Shown one piece after another: positions 41,020-50,179 of a DNA stretch of 64,000 nt. The notes under the pieces are model-generated. The model ran no database searches and had not been told where the DNA came from. It worked only from the letters and a program-made list of their open reading frames with translations. The stretch comes from Sulfolobales archaeon (GTDB lineage: Archaea; Thermoproteota; Thermoprotei_A; Sulfolobales; AG1), in contig JAWBYA010000005.1 in assembly GCA_038867615.1 (NCBI GenBank), positions 32,001-96,000 of the forward strand, in the 5' to 3' direction. Positions within the stretch are counted from its first letter, which is position 1, and every line of letters begins with the position of its first letter. The translations under genes and the position numbers were made by a program.

Positions 41020-42246
41020 CTATGGCATGTTTAGAGCATAGTTAACAGCTTTATAGGCATCGACCAGGCCGTAGCCGTATGCAGGGTCATATCCCGAAGA
41101 CCCTAGATCTATCGCTGTTGATATCAACACATCCCTAACCTGATCCGGAGCTAGCTTCCCATGGCCAGAGGCAAGCCTGAGCGCTTGGATCAGGGCTACT
41201 GTTGCCGAGACATGGGGAGCCGCCATTGAGGTTCCACTAGCATATGCATAGCTCCCACCCTTCCATGTCGATAGTATGCTAACACCTGGAGCCACTAGAT
41301 CTGGGTTTCTATTGCTCCAGCTGGGGACTTGGTAGTTGATATCAATAGCCCCCACCGCTATGACCTCGGGATATGCCGCTGGGTAGCTTGGCTGGGAGGC
41401 TCCCTCGTTACCAGCAGCTGCCACTAGGACTACGCCATAGCTATAGGCATAGATAACAGCATCACGAAGCACAGGGCTATCAGGACCGCCGAGGGACATT
41501 GAGATCACATCAGCATCATCAGTAGTCCCAGCATTGTTATCAGGACCCTTTGTAGCCTCAACTATTCCTTTAGCCACATCGCTCACATAGCCCGATCCGC
41601 TTGCATCGAGAACCCTTACAGCATATAACAGTGCTTTAGGCGCTGCTCCAGCCACGCCGATGCCGTTGAGCCTTGCAGCTATGATCCCTGCCACGTGGGT
41701 TCCATGCCCGTTGGGGTCGTCGCAGTTCTTGAGATTAGTCCCCTCATATAGAGTCTTAGTATTTCTTAGAGATACAACACACCATGTCACTGAATCCTTG
41801 AGATCTGGGTGCCTGTAATATATACCTGTATCAACAACAGCAACTCTTATCGTTAGCCCGTAACCATACGCCGCATCCCCATATTGGGGTGAATAGGTGC
41901 TCCAAACCTTTGTCGCATTGATCATCTCTATGTTCCACTGAACCTCCTGCTGGATCTTAACGGGCTTGTCATAATCAACATACCTAACAAAAGGCAGACT
42001 TGCAATCCTATTAACAAGGCTCTGGGGTAGTTCTAGAACCACGGCCTTAATCTCGGCTATCTCTAAGACAATCGAGCCCATGGATGATATCTGATCCCTA
42101 GAGGTATCGTAATTGCTATCCCCTCTAAACCCGACTATAACTCTGACTCTCTGATCCCCGAAACTCACCAACGGTGCAGAGCCTAGAAAGACTAAGAACA
42201 CTAAGATCAAGCCAACCATAGATATAATACGTTTCACACACAACAC
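41020..42246 (-). CDS. Secreted S8 subtilisin-like serine protease
   Basis: Signal peptide and propeptide, VVDTG, NGHGTHVAG, AAAGN, SGTSMAAPH. Confidence 0.95.
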   Translation of the reverse strand: MLCVKRIISMVGLILVFLVFLGSAPLVSFGDQRVRVIVGFRGDSNYDTSRDQISSMGSIVLEIAEIKAVVLELPQSLVNRIASLPFVRYVDYDKPVKIQQEVQWNIEMINATKVWSTYSPQYGDAAYGYGLTIRVAVVDTGIYYRHPDLKDSVTWCVVSLRNTKTLYEGTNLKNCDDPNGHGTHVAGIIAARLNGIGVAGAAPKALLYAVRVLDASGSGYVSDVAKGIVEATKGPDNNAGTTDDADVISMSLGGPDSPVLRDAVIYAYSYGVVLVAAAGNEGASQPSYPAAYPEVIAVGAIDINYQVPSWSNRNPDLVAPGVSILSTWKGGSYAYASGTSMAAPHVSATVALIQALRLASGHGKLAPDQVRDVLISTAIDLGSSGYDPAYGYGLVDAYKAVNYALNMP

Positions 42247-42423
42247 CGCCTGGTATTCGCAACAAAGCTAATAAACCCCAACTAACTATAAAAAGATTAG
42301 CTCTTGCTTCTAGAAGATATGGCTGGAAAAGAGGTCAAGAGCGCTATATATTGGGATATACATGCCTAGATCCTCTCGATCATAGAAAAGAAAAACATAT
42401 TTATAAGCAATGGAAAACAGCCT

Positions 42424-42888
42424 ATGAAGGCATGTATCATGCCAGAACTACTTATACCTAGACATGTCTGGGAGACGGTGGTTAAAGCTGCTAGAGAAGC
42501 TAAGGAAAGAGGCATACCGGTAAGAGCCTTCTTCCTATTCTGTCGTAGAGGAAAACCCTTCCATGTCATGAGCTGTAAAGAGGTGCCTGTGAGGGTTCAT
42601 AAGCTGAATCCTCTCATCTTTACATGGGACTTGAGCCGAGCCAACAAGAGAGAATATTATCCTTCGAGAGACACACCGTATTCATATAGAGGTGTAATAG
42701 TAATTAGGAAAGATCTTCAATTAACTTTGCACGACGCATATTGGGCTGCTATAGATGCTCCAGGATCCATCTATATCCATGTAAGGCTGTGGATAGATGA
42801 GAACGGGAATCCTTGCTACGAAGCCCACTGGATCGATAGGGTTAAGACGCACGGGGAATTCACCCCTATAAAAATAAGAATCATATAG
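42424..42888 (+). CDS. Hypothetical protein, possible degenerate JAB/MPN fold
   Basis: 154 aa; hydrophobic pattern resembles JAB but the HxH zinc motif is absent; ends 5 nt before the tRNA 3' end. Confidence 0.55.
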   Translation: MKACIMPELLIPRHVWETVVKAAREAKERGIPVRAFFLFCRRGKPFHVMSCKEVPVRVHKLNPLIFTWDLSRANKREYYPSRDTPYSYRGVIVIRKDLQLTLHDAYWAAIDAPGSIYIHVRLWIDENGNPCYEAHWIDRVKTHGEFTPIKIRII

Positions 42889-42893
42889 ATGAG

Positions 42894-42978
42894 TGCGGGG
42901 GGTGGGATTTGAACCCACGCAGGCCTACGCCATCGGGTCCTGAGCCCGACCCCTTTGACCTGGCTCGGGCACCCCCGC
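42894..42978 (-). tRNA. tRNA-Leu (CAG), no intron, CCA not encoded
   Basis: GCGGGGGTGCCCGAGCCAGGTCAAAGGGGTCGGGCT-CAG-GACCCGATGGCGTAGGCCTGCGTGGGTTCAAATCCCACCCCCCGCA; 85 nt with long variable arm. Confidence 0.97.
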
Positions 42979-43013
42979 CCATAAAGATAATAGTGTTTCT
43001 GGCTTATAGAGGT

Positions 43014-44066
43014 TTATGGCTTTCCTCCTCTGATCTTCTGCCTTTTCTCCAGGATTTTATAGAGGTGTGTTTTAACTATCCCTTCGGGCAGTATCCCCTG
43101 GGGTCTTGCTGCTAGGATTAATATTATCAGGAGTCCTGTCACCGCATATCTTATGAAGCTTATATCTATCGATATAGTTATTCCCAGAAGGGCTAGTGTG
43201 GAGGCTTGAGAGAATCTCTCGAAGAGGCTGAGAACCAGTGCTCCTAGCAATGCCCCGACATTGTTTCCAGAGCCTCCTAAGAGAACCATGGATATTATGT
43301 AGAAGGTCACTACAGGTATGTAGTCGTCAGGGAATATGGCTTGTGTGTAGAATGTGAAGAGACTCCCAGCAGCTCCCGAGAGGGCTGATGATATGAAGAG
43401 CACCTGCCCCCTAACCCTCGCAACATTCTTGCCAAGGGATTCTGCTGCGATCTCGTCATCCCTCACGGCTTTCATAACCCTCCCGAAGGGTGAGTTTGAT
43501 AGCCTCTCAACAAGAATGAATGTTGCGAAAGCAGCTGCAAGGGTTATTAGTGAGTAGAGGAGGAGTGTTAGGGATCTATCTGCTATCCAGTTGAGGGGGT
43601 TAGGGATCCCGCTCATACCGAAAACACCTCCTACGAGGGGCTCGTATGTTCTTACAAAAACCCTCCCTGCTTCCCCAAATACTAGGAGGGTTATTGCTAG
43701 GAAATCCTCCCTAAGTGCTAGTGCTGGGTAGCTTGCTAGGTAGCCGAAGATCCCTGAGACTATGGTTGATAGTGCTAGGGATACTAGGAAGACCTCGACG
43801 GCGAAGACAGGATTTGCTGCCGAGTATTCGGTACGCTTAGCCGCAGCAGCTGCTGAGAAGCTATCTGTTATACCTAGGGCTGAGTTGTAGAGAGAGCTTG
43901 TGACCACCGCTGTCACTATAGATCCTATGAAGAAGAAGAACACCTTGCCAAAGTTAGGTATTCCTGTATATCCATATTCTAGATTAGCGCTTAGGGCTAG
44001 TATTAGGTATATAGATGTGTATGTGACTATGCTGCTCACGAATATAAACATACCCGAGAGCTCCAT
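43014..44066 (-). CDS. Branched-chain amino acid ABC permease (LivM-like)
   Basis: NLEYGYTGIPNFG, LREDFLAITLL, SPFGRVMKAVRDDE, LLGGSGN. Confidence 0.9.
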   Translation of the reverse strand: MELSGMFIFVSSIVTYTSIYLILALSANLEYGYTGIPNFGKVFFFFIGSIVTAVVTSSLYNSALGITDSFSAAAAAKRTEYSAANPVFAVEVFLVSLALSTIVSGIFGYLASYPALALREDFLAITLLVFGEAGRVFVRTYEPLVGGVFGMSGIPNPLNWIADRSLTLLLYSLITLAAAFATFILVERLSNSPFGRVMKAVRDDEIAAESLGKNVARVRGQVLFISSALSGAAGSLFTFYTQAIFPDDYIPVVTFYIISMVLLGGSGNNVGALLGALVLSLFERFSQASTLALLGITISIDISFIRYAVTGLLIILILAARPQGILPEGIVKTHLYKILEKRQKIRGGKP

Positions 44067-44070
44067 AGCA

Positions 44071-44958
44071 TCACCTCATAAACAGCCTGCCCCTCCCAAT
44101 AAGCAGTGTAGATGCGATCGCTAGATAGGCTATTATAGGCTTATAAGCAGTATCTACTCCGAAGAATCTGTTGAAAAACCACATACCGAGATTCTCTGAG
44201 AAACCTATTATAAAGCCCCCAGCTATTGTTAGCGGTATACTCCTAATACCACCTATGATCGATGATGCAAAGATCCAGAGGAGAAGCCTCCACCCAGTCT
44301 CAGTATTTATACTAGTATAGAAAGCCCACAGAGCCCCCATAGCACCTGCTAGGAGGCCAGAGACTATCCACGTGATCCTCCTAACCCTCCATACAGGAAT
44401 ACCAGAGGCCGAGGCTAGCTCCGGGTTGCTTGCAAGAGCCCTCATAGCCTTCCCGATCATGGTTCTATGCCTAAACATGTAGAGAGAGACCGAGGCAACG
44501 CCTAGAAAGCCTAGACTGAGTATGTGGAGATTAGTTATAGGCGAGCCCATAGCATAGGCTATTGGTGTAAGACTATATCTAGAGGATAGGAAGAGCATGT
44601 CAGAGTAGTCAGCATATATAGACCACAGATATCTTATGAGAAGCATAACACCTATAGAGGCTATGAGGAGCTGTAGAGGCGAAGAACCCCTCCTATAGAG
44701 AGGCTTATACACAGACTCATCAACAGCAAGAGCAAGAATAGAGGAGACCATCATAGCGAGAAAAAGAGCCATGATAGGATCAAAACCCCCTATCGTGGCA
44801 AGAGCAGCAGCATAAGCACCTATAGTCACATACTCGCTAACAGCAAAATTAGCTATCCTCGTAACACTATAACTAATAGTGAGGGAGAGGGCGCCGAGAG
44901 AATATATAGATCCTGCGAGAAGCCCCTGAAGAGAGTTCCTCAGAACCTCGTCGAGCAG
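44071..44958 (-). CDS. Branched-chain amino acid ABC permease (LivH-like), probable CTG start
   Basis: Frame is open upstream of the track start (44829) and encodes the LivH first helix QGLLAGSIYSLGALSLTISY...ANFAVSE; only a CTG at 44958 follows the upstream stop and AGGGGT; GKAMRALASNPELA. Confidence 0.85.
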   Translation of the reverse strand: MLDEVLRNSLQGLLAGSIYSLGALSLTISYSVTRIANFAVSEYVTIGAYAAALATIGGFDPIMALFLAMMVSSILALAVDESVYKPLYRRGSSPLQLLIASIGVMLLIRYLWSIYADYSDMLFLSSRYSLTPIAYAMGSPITNLHILSLGFLGVASVSLYMFRHRTMIGKAMRALASNPELASASGIPVWRVRRITWIVSGLLAGAMGALWAFYTSINTETGWRLLLWIFASSIIGGIRSIPLTIAGGFIIGFSENLGMWFFNRFFGVDTAYKPIIAYLAIASTLLIGRGRLFMR

Positions 44959-44994
44959 AGATACCCCTATTGTGCATAAGCTAAGGGTGATATA

Positions 44995-45630
44995 TCATTT
45001 GCCAACAGGCATCATAAAGGGGATAGAGACATGTCTATCATTGTACCCAACCCACAGCACTACATAGATATACTTATAATTGCTAGGAACTGTTATGTTT
45101 AGGAAAAGAACGCTATCGATGCTGAGAGTACCGACCTCATAGATATTAAGAACATCAAATGCCCTAAGATCTTTCAGAGAATACCAAGAGCCTAAATACT
45201 TAGCATAGAGCCTCGAGGAATCAGCGCCAAAACCCCCATCTAAGCTGTTAAACGATAGATTATAAGGAGAACCCTCGGGAGAGGAGATATTATACCCAAT
45301 ATTGCTAGGAGGTAGTTGCGGGAGTTCCCACCACCTCTGTGTATAGGAGAGAGCAACATGGAAGGTGATATAGGTGTGGAGTGAATAAACACCCTGAAGA
45401 ACCCCTACTCTAATGACACCAGCATAGATAACCACATAGGAGCCTCTATTCTCAAAAGATATGGGCAGAAAGAGGAATTCGTTCGAGACAAGCTCTGCGT
45501 ATGAGGTGAAAGCACTCTCAGAATACATGGAGAGAGTCCAGGAGCCGGCTAGAAGGAAACCGGCAATACCCAGAATTATGGTCAGGGTAATAAGGATCAT
45601 AGAGCCAATAATCTCTGACTGTGCCTTCAA
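44995..45630 (-). CDS. Archaeal type IV pilin-like protein
   Basis: Class III signal peptide MKA|QSEIIGSMILITLTIILG with E at +3 and a hydrophobic helix. Confidence 0.72.
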   Translation of the reverse strand: MKAQSEIIGSMILITLTIILGIAGFLLAGSWTLSMYSESAFTSYAELVSNEFLFLPISFENRGSYVVIYAGVIRVGVLQGVYSLHTYITFHVALSYTQRWWELPQLPPSNIGYNISSPEGSPYNLSFNSLDGGFGADSSRLYAKYLGSWYSLKDLRAFDVLNIYEVGTLSIDSVLFLNITVPSNYKYIYVVLWVGYNDRHVSIPFMMPVGK

Positions 45631-45634
45631 CGTA

Positions 45635-46651
45635 TCACCCCAAAACTAGCTCAGCACCTAGGACAGCTATATATTCAACACCAATGTTAAGCCTATTCCC
45701 TCCCAGCTTATCAACAATAAGGGTAACATTAAGGTCATATACACCTGGTGGGGCGTTTCTCATCGGTATGAGCGAGACACCCTCAAGAACTATATAGCCA
45801 GGGTCAGTGCCTTTAGGATACCACACAGTTTTGCTAGAACTAGTGCAGCTAGAGCTGGTATCCTGTTGCAAACATATCCTTAGGATGGTATCGAACTTCT
45901 CATCGGATTTATTAAATACCAGTACTACTCTGTAGAGCACCGCCACTGCATACGGATTTTCATTAATACTTACAGTGTTCTTGAAGATCAGACCAAAGCA
46001 ACCACTAAGCTCATATAATATATTATCGCCTCTGGTGTCATTTATTGTTAAGAGCTTTCTCGCAGGATCGTATTTGTTGAACGAAACCAGAGCAGCAACA
46101 CCGTTTTTGTTACATACAGTACTTCTCTCATTATACCTCGCTATTATGTTACTTCCATAGTAGTTATAGAGATCCTCAGCAAAACCAGTATTACTATGTG
46201 TAAATGTCACTGGCTGTGGCAATACTGTGTATTTTTCTTTTGCTGGGAATATGTTTCCTTTTGATGTTACTATATAGCATACTCTGCTCAAGTTATAGCC
46301 TGCTATATTGCTTATCGCATCGCCTGGGTTAAGGATCTCGCTTGTTCTGACCAGGAGTGTTTCTCTCTCACATCCTTTCCCGCTATCTATAACTGCTAGT
46401 ATTATAGTTATCGGTATAGATCCTGTGTTCTTTATCAGAAAAACCCTGCTCTCATTTACTATCTCTAGAGACTCTCGTGTTTTCTGGTTTTGGAACTCCC
46501 TCGCAACACTCATAGCCCTTAGTATTTCCCCGCTTGTGGTGTTTAGGTAGATTAAAAGGGGTATTAGGGTTACCATTATTATTGAGAGCCCTACTATGAA
46601 TGCCACCATGCCTGCTACTGCTTTTCTTACTATCGATTTCCTCATGACCAC
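45635..46651 (-). CDS. Large pilin-like protein (minor pilin candidate)
   Basis: Basic leader ...VRKA|VAGMVAFIVGLSII, then IKNTGSIPITI and IVTSKGNIF typical of archaeal pilin-like domains. Confidence 0.62.
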   Translation of the reverse strand: MVMRKSIVRKAVAGMVAFIVGLSIIMVTLIPLLIYLNTTSGEILRAMSVAREFQNQKTRESLEIVNESRVFLIKNTGSIPITIILAVIDSGKGCERETLLVRTSEILNPGDAISNIAGYNLSRVCYIVTSKGNIFPAKEKYTVLPQPVTFTHSNTGFAEDLYNYYGSNIIARYNERSTVCNKNGVAALVSFNKYDPARKLLTINDTRGDNILYELSGCFGLIFKNTVSINENPYAVAVLYRVVLVFNKSDEKFDTILRICLQQDTSSSCTSSSKTVWYPKGTDPGYIVLEGVSLIPMRNAPPGVYDLNVTLIVDKLGGNRLNIGVEYIAVLGAELVLG

Positions 46652-46713
46652 TTTTTTTATTCCATCGGGATATTTATTATTTATGTATAGTTTTAGCAGG
46701 CTATATCATCTCT

Positions 46714-49700
46714 CTATATTATCTCTTCCTCAGCCCTCCTCTCCATATATCTCCTCGCTATCTTCATCAGCACTATCACCGTAGCAACCATGCCAATAGC
46801 TACATATACCATAATGAACCTTGATAACATGTTTAACAGTGTTGGCTGTAGCTTTAATACTAAGTTCCGCTCCCCGACGGGTAGTGGCTCTTCAAGAGTA
46901 TTATAGCCTGCTGCTACCACTGTAACCCTGTATGATCCGTATGGTATACTGATCTCCGCCTTACCATCATTACCGGTCTTCCATGTAAACTCTACCGCCG
47001 GGTTCTCAAGGCTTTTTATAGTTATGCCCGCACCATTAATAGGCTGCCCGGTATCGTCTATAACGCTTATGGTGTAGCTCATGACCCTTCTATTAAGCGA
47101 TACCTCAATCCTACCGCCACCCACAACTATATCAACCTCCTTTTCTGTCGCAGTATATATAGATCCCTGCCCAGCAGGTTCAACAACTATTCTCGCATTT
47201 CCATGTGGTAGTAAGACAGTGGTAGTAGCACCTCCCGGCGATAATTCCTCGCTATACATGAGCCTGTCGCCCATGTATACCAGCACTCTGACCGGGGATA
47301 CAAGATCGCCGCTTATAGGATCTATTAGAGCTATGGTTACCTGATACCTAGTCCTATTTATACTTACCACAAGATCTTGCCTATCGATGTTTAGAACGCC
47401 TCTATAGCCTATATAGAGGCTCTGGTTAAAGGGCTCTATTAAGATAAGATAGCGGTCGAAGAATATCCTGGGTATTGTTATTGTACCATTACTTGATGTA
47501 ATGCCGGAGAAGATCCTTATGTTGGAAATCATGTTGATTATGGATACACCAGCATTGGGGACAGGAACGCCGAACTCATCTACTATCATAAGATTTACCT
47601 GGATCTCCCTCGGTCTTAAAAGAACCTCTAAGTTATTGATAGAACCAGGCTCGGTGATGCCGATAAGCGCCTCTCCCTCATGGAAGAAGGGTGATGCCGC
47701 GATAACTCTATAGATGCCGAGGGGAAGAACTACAGGGGAGCCAGGCTTGATAGTACCAAGATCTCCTCTCAAAAGAGGACCCTCCGCAAACAGTTTTATC
47801 GAGATCGACTCTTCAGGGGGCTTTGTAACATCAGCCCCAAGAACCCCAACACTTATGTTAAGCATAGCGGTGTTAACCCTGAATATTATGTTTATGTCAC
47901 CACTCCTACTTACAGTGAACCTGGCTCTAGCAAGCTCTATTCCATCGCCTATCAATAATGCATAGTGCTCCCCGCCCTCTAGCATAAGATCTAGAGGATC
48001 CTCAACAGTCGTTGTATTGATCTTTCCATCTATTGACAACATAAGCCCTGGCGGAACCATTGCTAGCATCGCTGCATACGGGCTCTCAGGGTTATAGTAG
48101 TAGAGGAAAAGCCTAACCCTGTATAGAATTGATCCTGGAAGATCAATTGTGCTTCCACTAACCACCAGACTGCTAACATACTCTATAGCGCCGCTCAGAA
48201 CCCTAGCTATATAGGATCCTCTGGGGAGGTAGAGAATGGAGGATCCGTTTATTATCAAGCCTCTAGCAACGAGACTATCATTTTCATATATTTCTATATA
48301 GCCATCAGTAACACCTATTGAGTAGTTGGAAACAACGCCCGTAACAAATACCCTTGGATAGATCCTCACAAGCTCTATAGAGCACCTACTAAACGCTATA
48401 TCCTGGAGCGCGTTGATAACATATACCCTCGAGGGCGTAGCTAGATAACCTCTCCCAAACCCCGCCGAAGTCCACATACCAGGGCCTACCGGAACTCCGA
48501 GGTAGTCATCACCCCTAGTACACTCAATAGATGTTGACTGATCAACCCTGTTTATATGGAGCTTTCCAGAACTATCTATAGCGATCAAAACCCCATCTCT
48601 ATAGTCAGCAGCAACTATAGATCCCGGGATATCTATCCCCCAGAACGCCACATGAAAACCCCTTTGGTCGTTATAGAGAAAATAGTAAGCCCTACCACTA
48701 TCAAGGATCACTGAGACACCCCGCCCATTATTATCATACCCCACCCACACCCCACTTGAAGATGGGGTGGGTAGTATATACCAAACATAATCCTCATACC
48801 TATTCTGGATCTTCACAGGTACGGGGTTGAGATTCTGATCGAAGTATATAAAAGCCGCCACAAATAGATCTTCACGATAACCAACAATGATTCCTAGGTA
48901 TGTCCAGGGAACCCCGGCAACATTGGGTTTGATCAGCTTAGCATAGACCGGCTTAATGTCAAGCAGAAGCGGCTTCCCGAATCTTATGGATTCGGGTGCG
49001 CAGGTTGCATCGAGAAGCACGGCATATGTTGGTACAGCGCTCTTAACGATCTGTGTAACCTCTCCTTGACCGCTTCTCATGATAACCATATACTCTATCG
49101 GTGTCTTTTCAAGCATATATTGATTCAACTCTATAGCTATGCTCTCTGTCTCGTACTCGGGATGGGTTATGTTAACAATATACAGAGTACTGCTCGGATC
49201 TATCAATGGGAGGCTAAGAACAGCGCTCCCGTTCTGATCCGAGATGGATTGAAAAACAAGACCTTTCGTCGCCTTGGGCTTTGCCAGGCTTGCAGTCACA
49301 ACAGCATCAGAGATCGGGTAACCTGTTTCATTATATATAACAAGGGCGACGTCAAGCGATGGTGGAGTATATATTGCGAGAAGAAGCGACGGATCAACTC
49401 TCCTAACAGCCCCATAGACAACTTCAGTACTAGATATATCTAGAATAGCACTTCTCATAAAACTATAGACAGCAGTGCTCTCACGAGGCCCAATCTCAGC
49501 CCAGCCACCCCTAGTAACCCTGTAGAGATATAGATAGCCTTGGCTGTCAAGAAGAGCTAAGATTGGATTGCAGAAAATACCAACCCCTATCGATAGTCTC
49601 TTAACAGGAAACCTCGACGCCTGTATATAGCTCGCCCTCCCCTCCCACGTATTATATACAACAGCCTCCCCCCTATCGGTGCCAACAGCTATATAGCTTC

Positions 49701-50034
49701 CTCTATCGCCGTCCGAAGCAATTGTAGTGGGGATCCCGCTTAATGCATACCTAGATCTATATATTGTTCGTGAAGGGCTATCCATGCTAAGAACCTCGAG
49801 AAAATAGCCCTCAGAAGACGCGTCGAAACCAGAGGCAGCTACTATACCCCTCCCAGGTATTGATGCAAACATGTTAGCCTGTATTGATAGATCCGTATAC
49901 CAAGTGCTATATAGGCTATACGGCTCCATAACACTAAGAGCCTTTGAAGCCTGCTGCGCGTTAGTAACATAGAGAGGTAATATTGGGAGCATTATGATCG
50001 CCAGTATCAGTAAACCTTTGTACCACACAACCAC
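46714..50034 (-). CDS. Large cell-surface protein with Ig-like/carboxypeptidase-regulatory repeats and C-terminal anchor
   Basis: Signal peptide, propeller-like N-region, repeated 'V.D..G.P..A.V.I...T...G' modules, C-terminal TM plus charged tail. Confidence 0.75.
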   Translation of the reverse strand: MVVWYKGLLILAIIMLPILPLYVTNAQQASKALSVMEPYSLYSTWYTDLSIQANMFASIPGRGIVAASGFDASSEGYFLEVLSMDSPSRTIYRSRYALSGIPTTIASDGDRGSYIAVGTDRGEAVVYNTWEGRASYIQASRFPVKRLSIGVGIFCNPILALLDSQGYLYLYRVTRGGWAEIGPRESTAVYSFMRSAILDISSTEVVYGAVRRVDPSLLLAIYTPPSLDVALVIYNETGYPISDAVVTASLAKPKATKGLVFQSISDQNGSAVLSLPLIDPSSTLYIVNITHPEYETESIAIELNQYMLEKTPIEYMVIMRSGQGEVTQIVKSAVPTYAVLLDATCAPESIRFGKPLLLDIKPVYAKLIKPNVAGVPWTYLGIIVGYREDLFVAAFIYFDQNLNPVPVKIQNRYEDYVWYILPTPSSSGVWVGYDNNGRGVSVILDSGRAYYFLYNDQRGFHVAFWGIDIPGSIVAADYRDGVLIAIDSSGKLHINRVDQSTSIECTRGDDYLGVPVGPGMWTSAGFGRGYLATPSRVYVINALQDIAFSRCSIELVRIYPRVFVTGVVSNYSIGVTDGYIEIYENDSLVARGLIINGSSILYLPRGSYIARVLSGAIEYVSSLVVSGSTIDLPGSILYRVRLFLYYYNPESPYAAMLAMVPPGLMLSIDGKINTTTVEDPLDLMLEGGEHYALLIGDGIELARARFTVSRSGDINIIFRVNTAMLNISVGVLGADVTKPPEESISIKLFAEGPLLRGDLGTIKPGSPVVLPLGIYRVIAASPFFHEGEALIGITEPGSINNLEVLLRPREIQVNLMIVDEFGVPVPNAGVSIINMISNIRIFSGITSSNGTITIPRIFFDRYLILIEPFNQSLYIGYRGVLNIDRQDLVVSINRTRYQVTIALIDPISGDLVSPVRVLVYMGDRLMYSEELSPGGATTTVLLPHGNARIVVEPAGQGSIYTATEKEVDIVVGGGRIEVSLNRRVMSYTISVIDDTGQPINGAGITIKSLENPAVEFTWKTGNDGKAEISIPYGSYRVTVVAAGYNTLEEPLPVGERNLVLKLQPTLLNMLSRFIMVYVAIGMVATVIVLMKIARRYMERRAEEEII

Positions 50035-50063
50035 CCAGGCCTCCTATGCTTTTCTTAACAGAT

Positions 50064-50094
50064 GTTTTTATATATAGTTTTTTATATATAAAAC
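50064..50094. promoter_or_regulatory. AT-rich inverted repeat / TATA-like elements in the divergent promoter of the pilus locus
   Basis: TTTTATATATA (50066-76) and TATATATAAAA (50083-93) between divergent starts at 50034 and 50180. Confidence 0.4.
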
Positions 50095-50179
50095 GAATCT
50101 GGATAACAACCATGGCGATAGAGATCCCAATATATCCCAACAGGCTACTACTTTATATATACCCCTGGAATATTATTTA

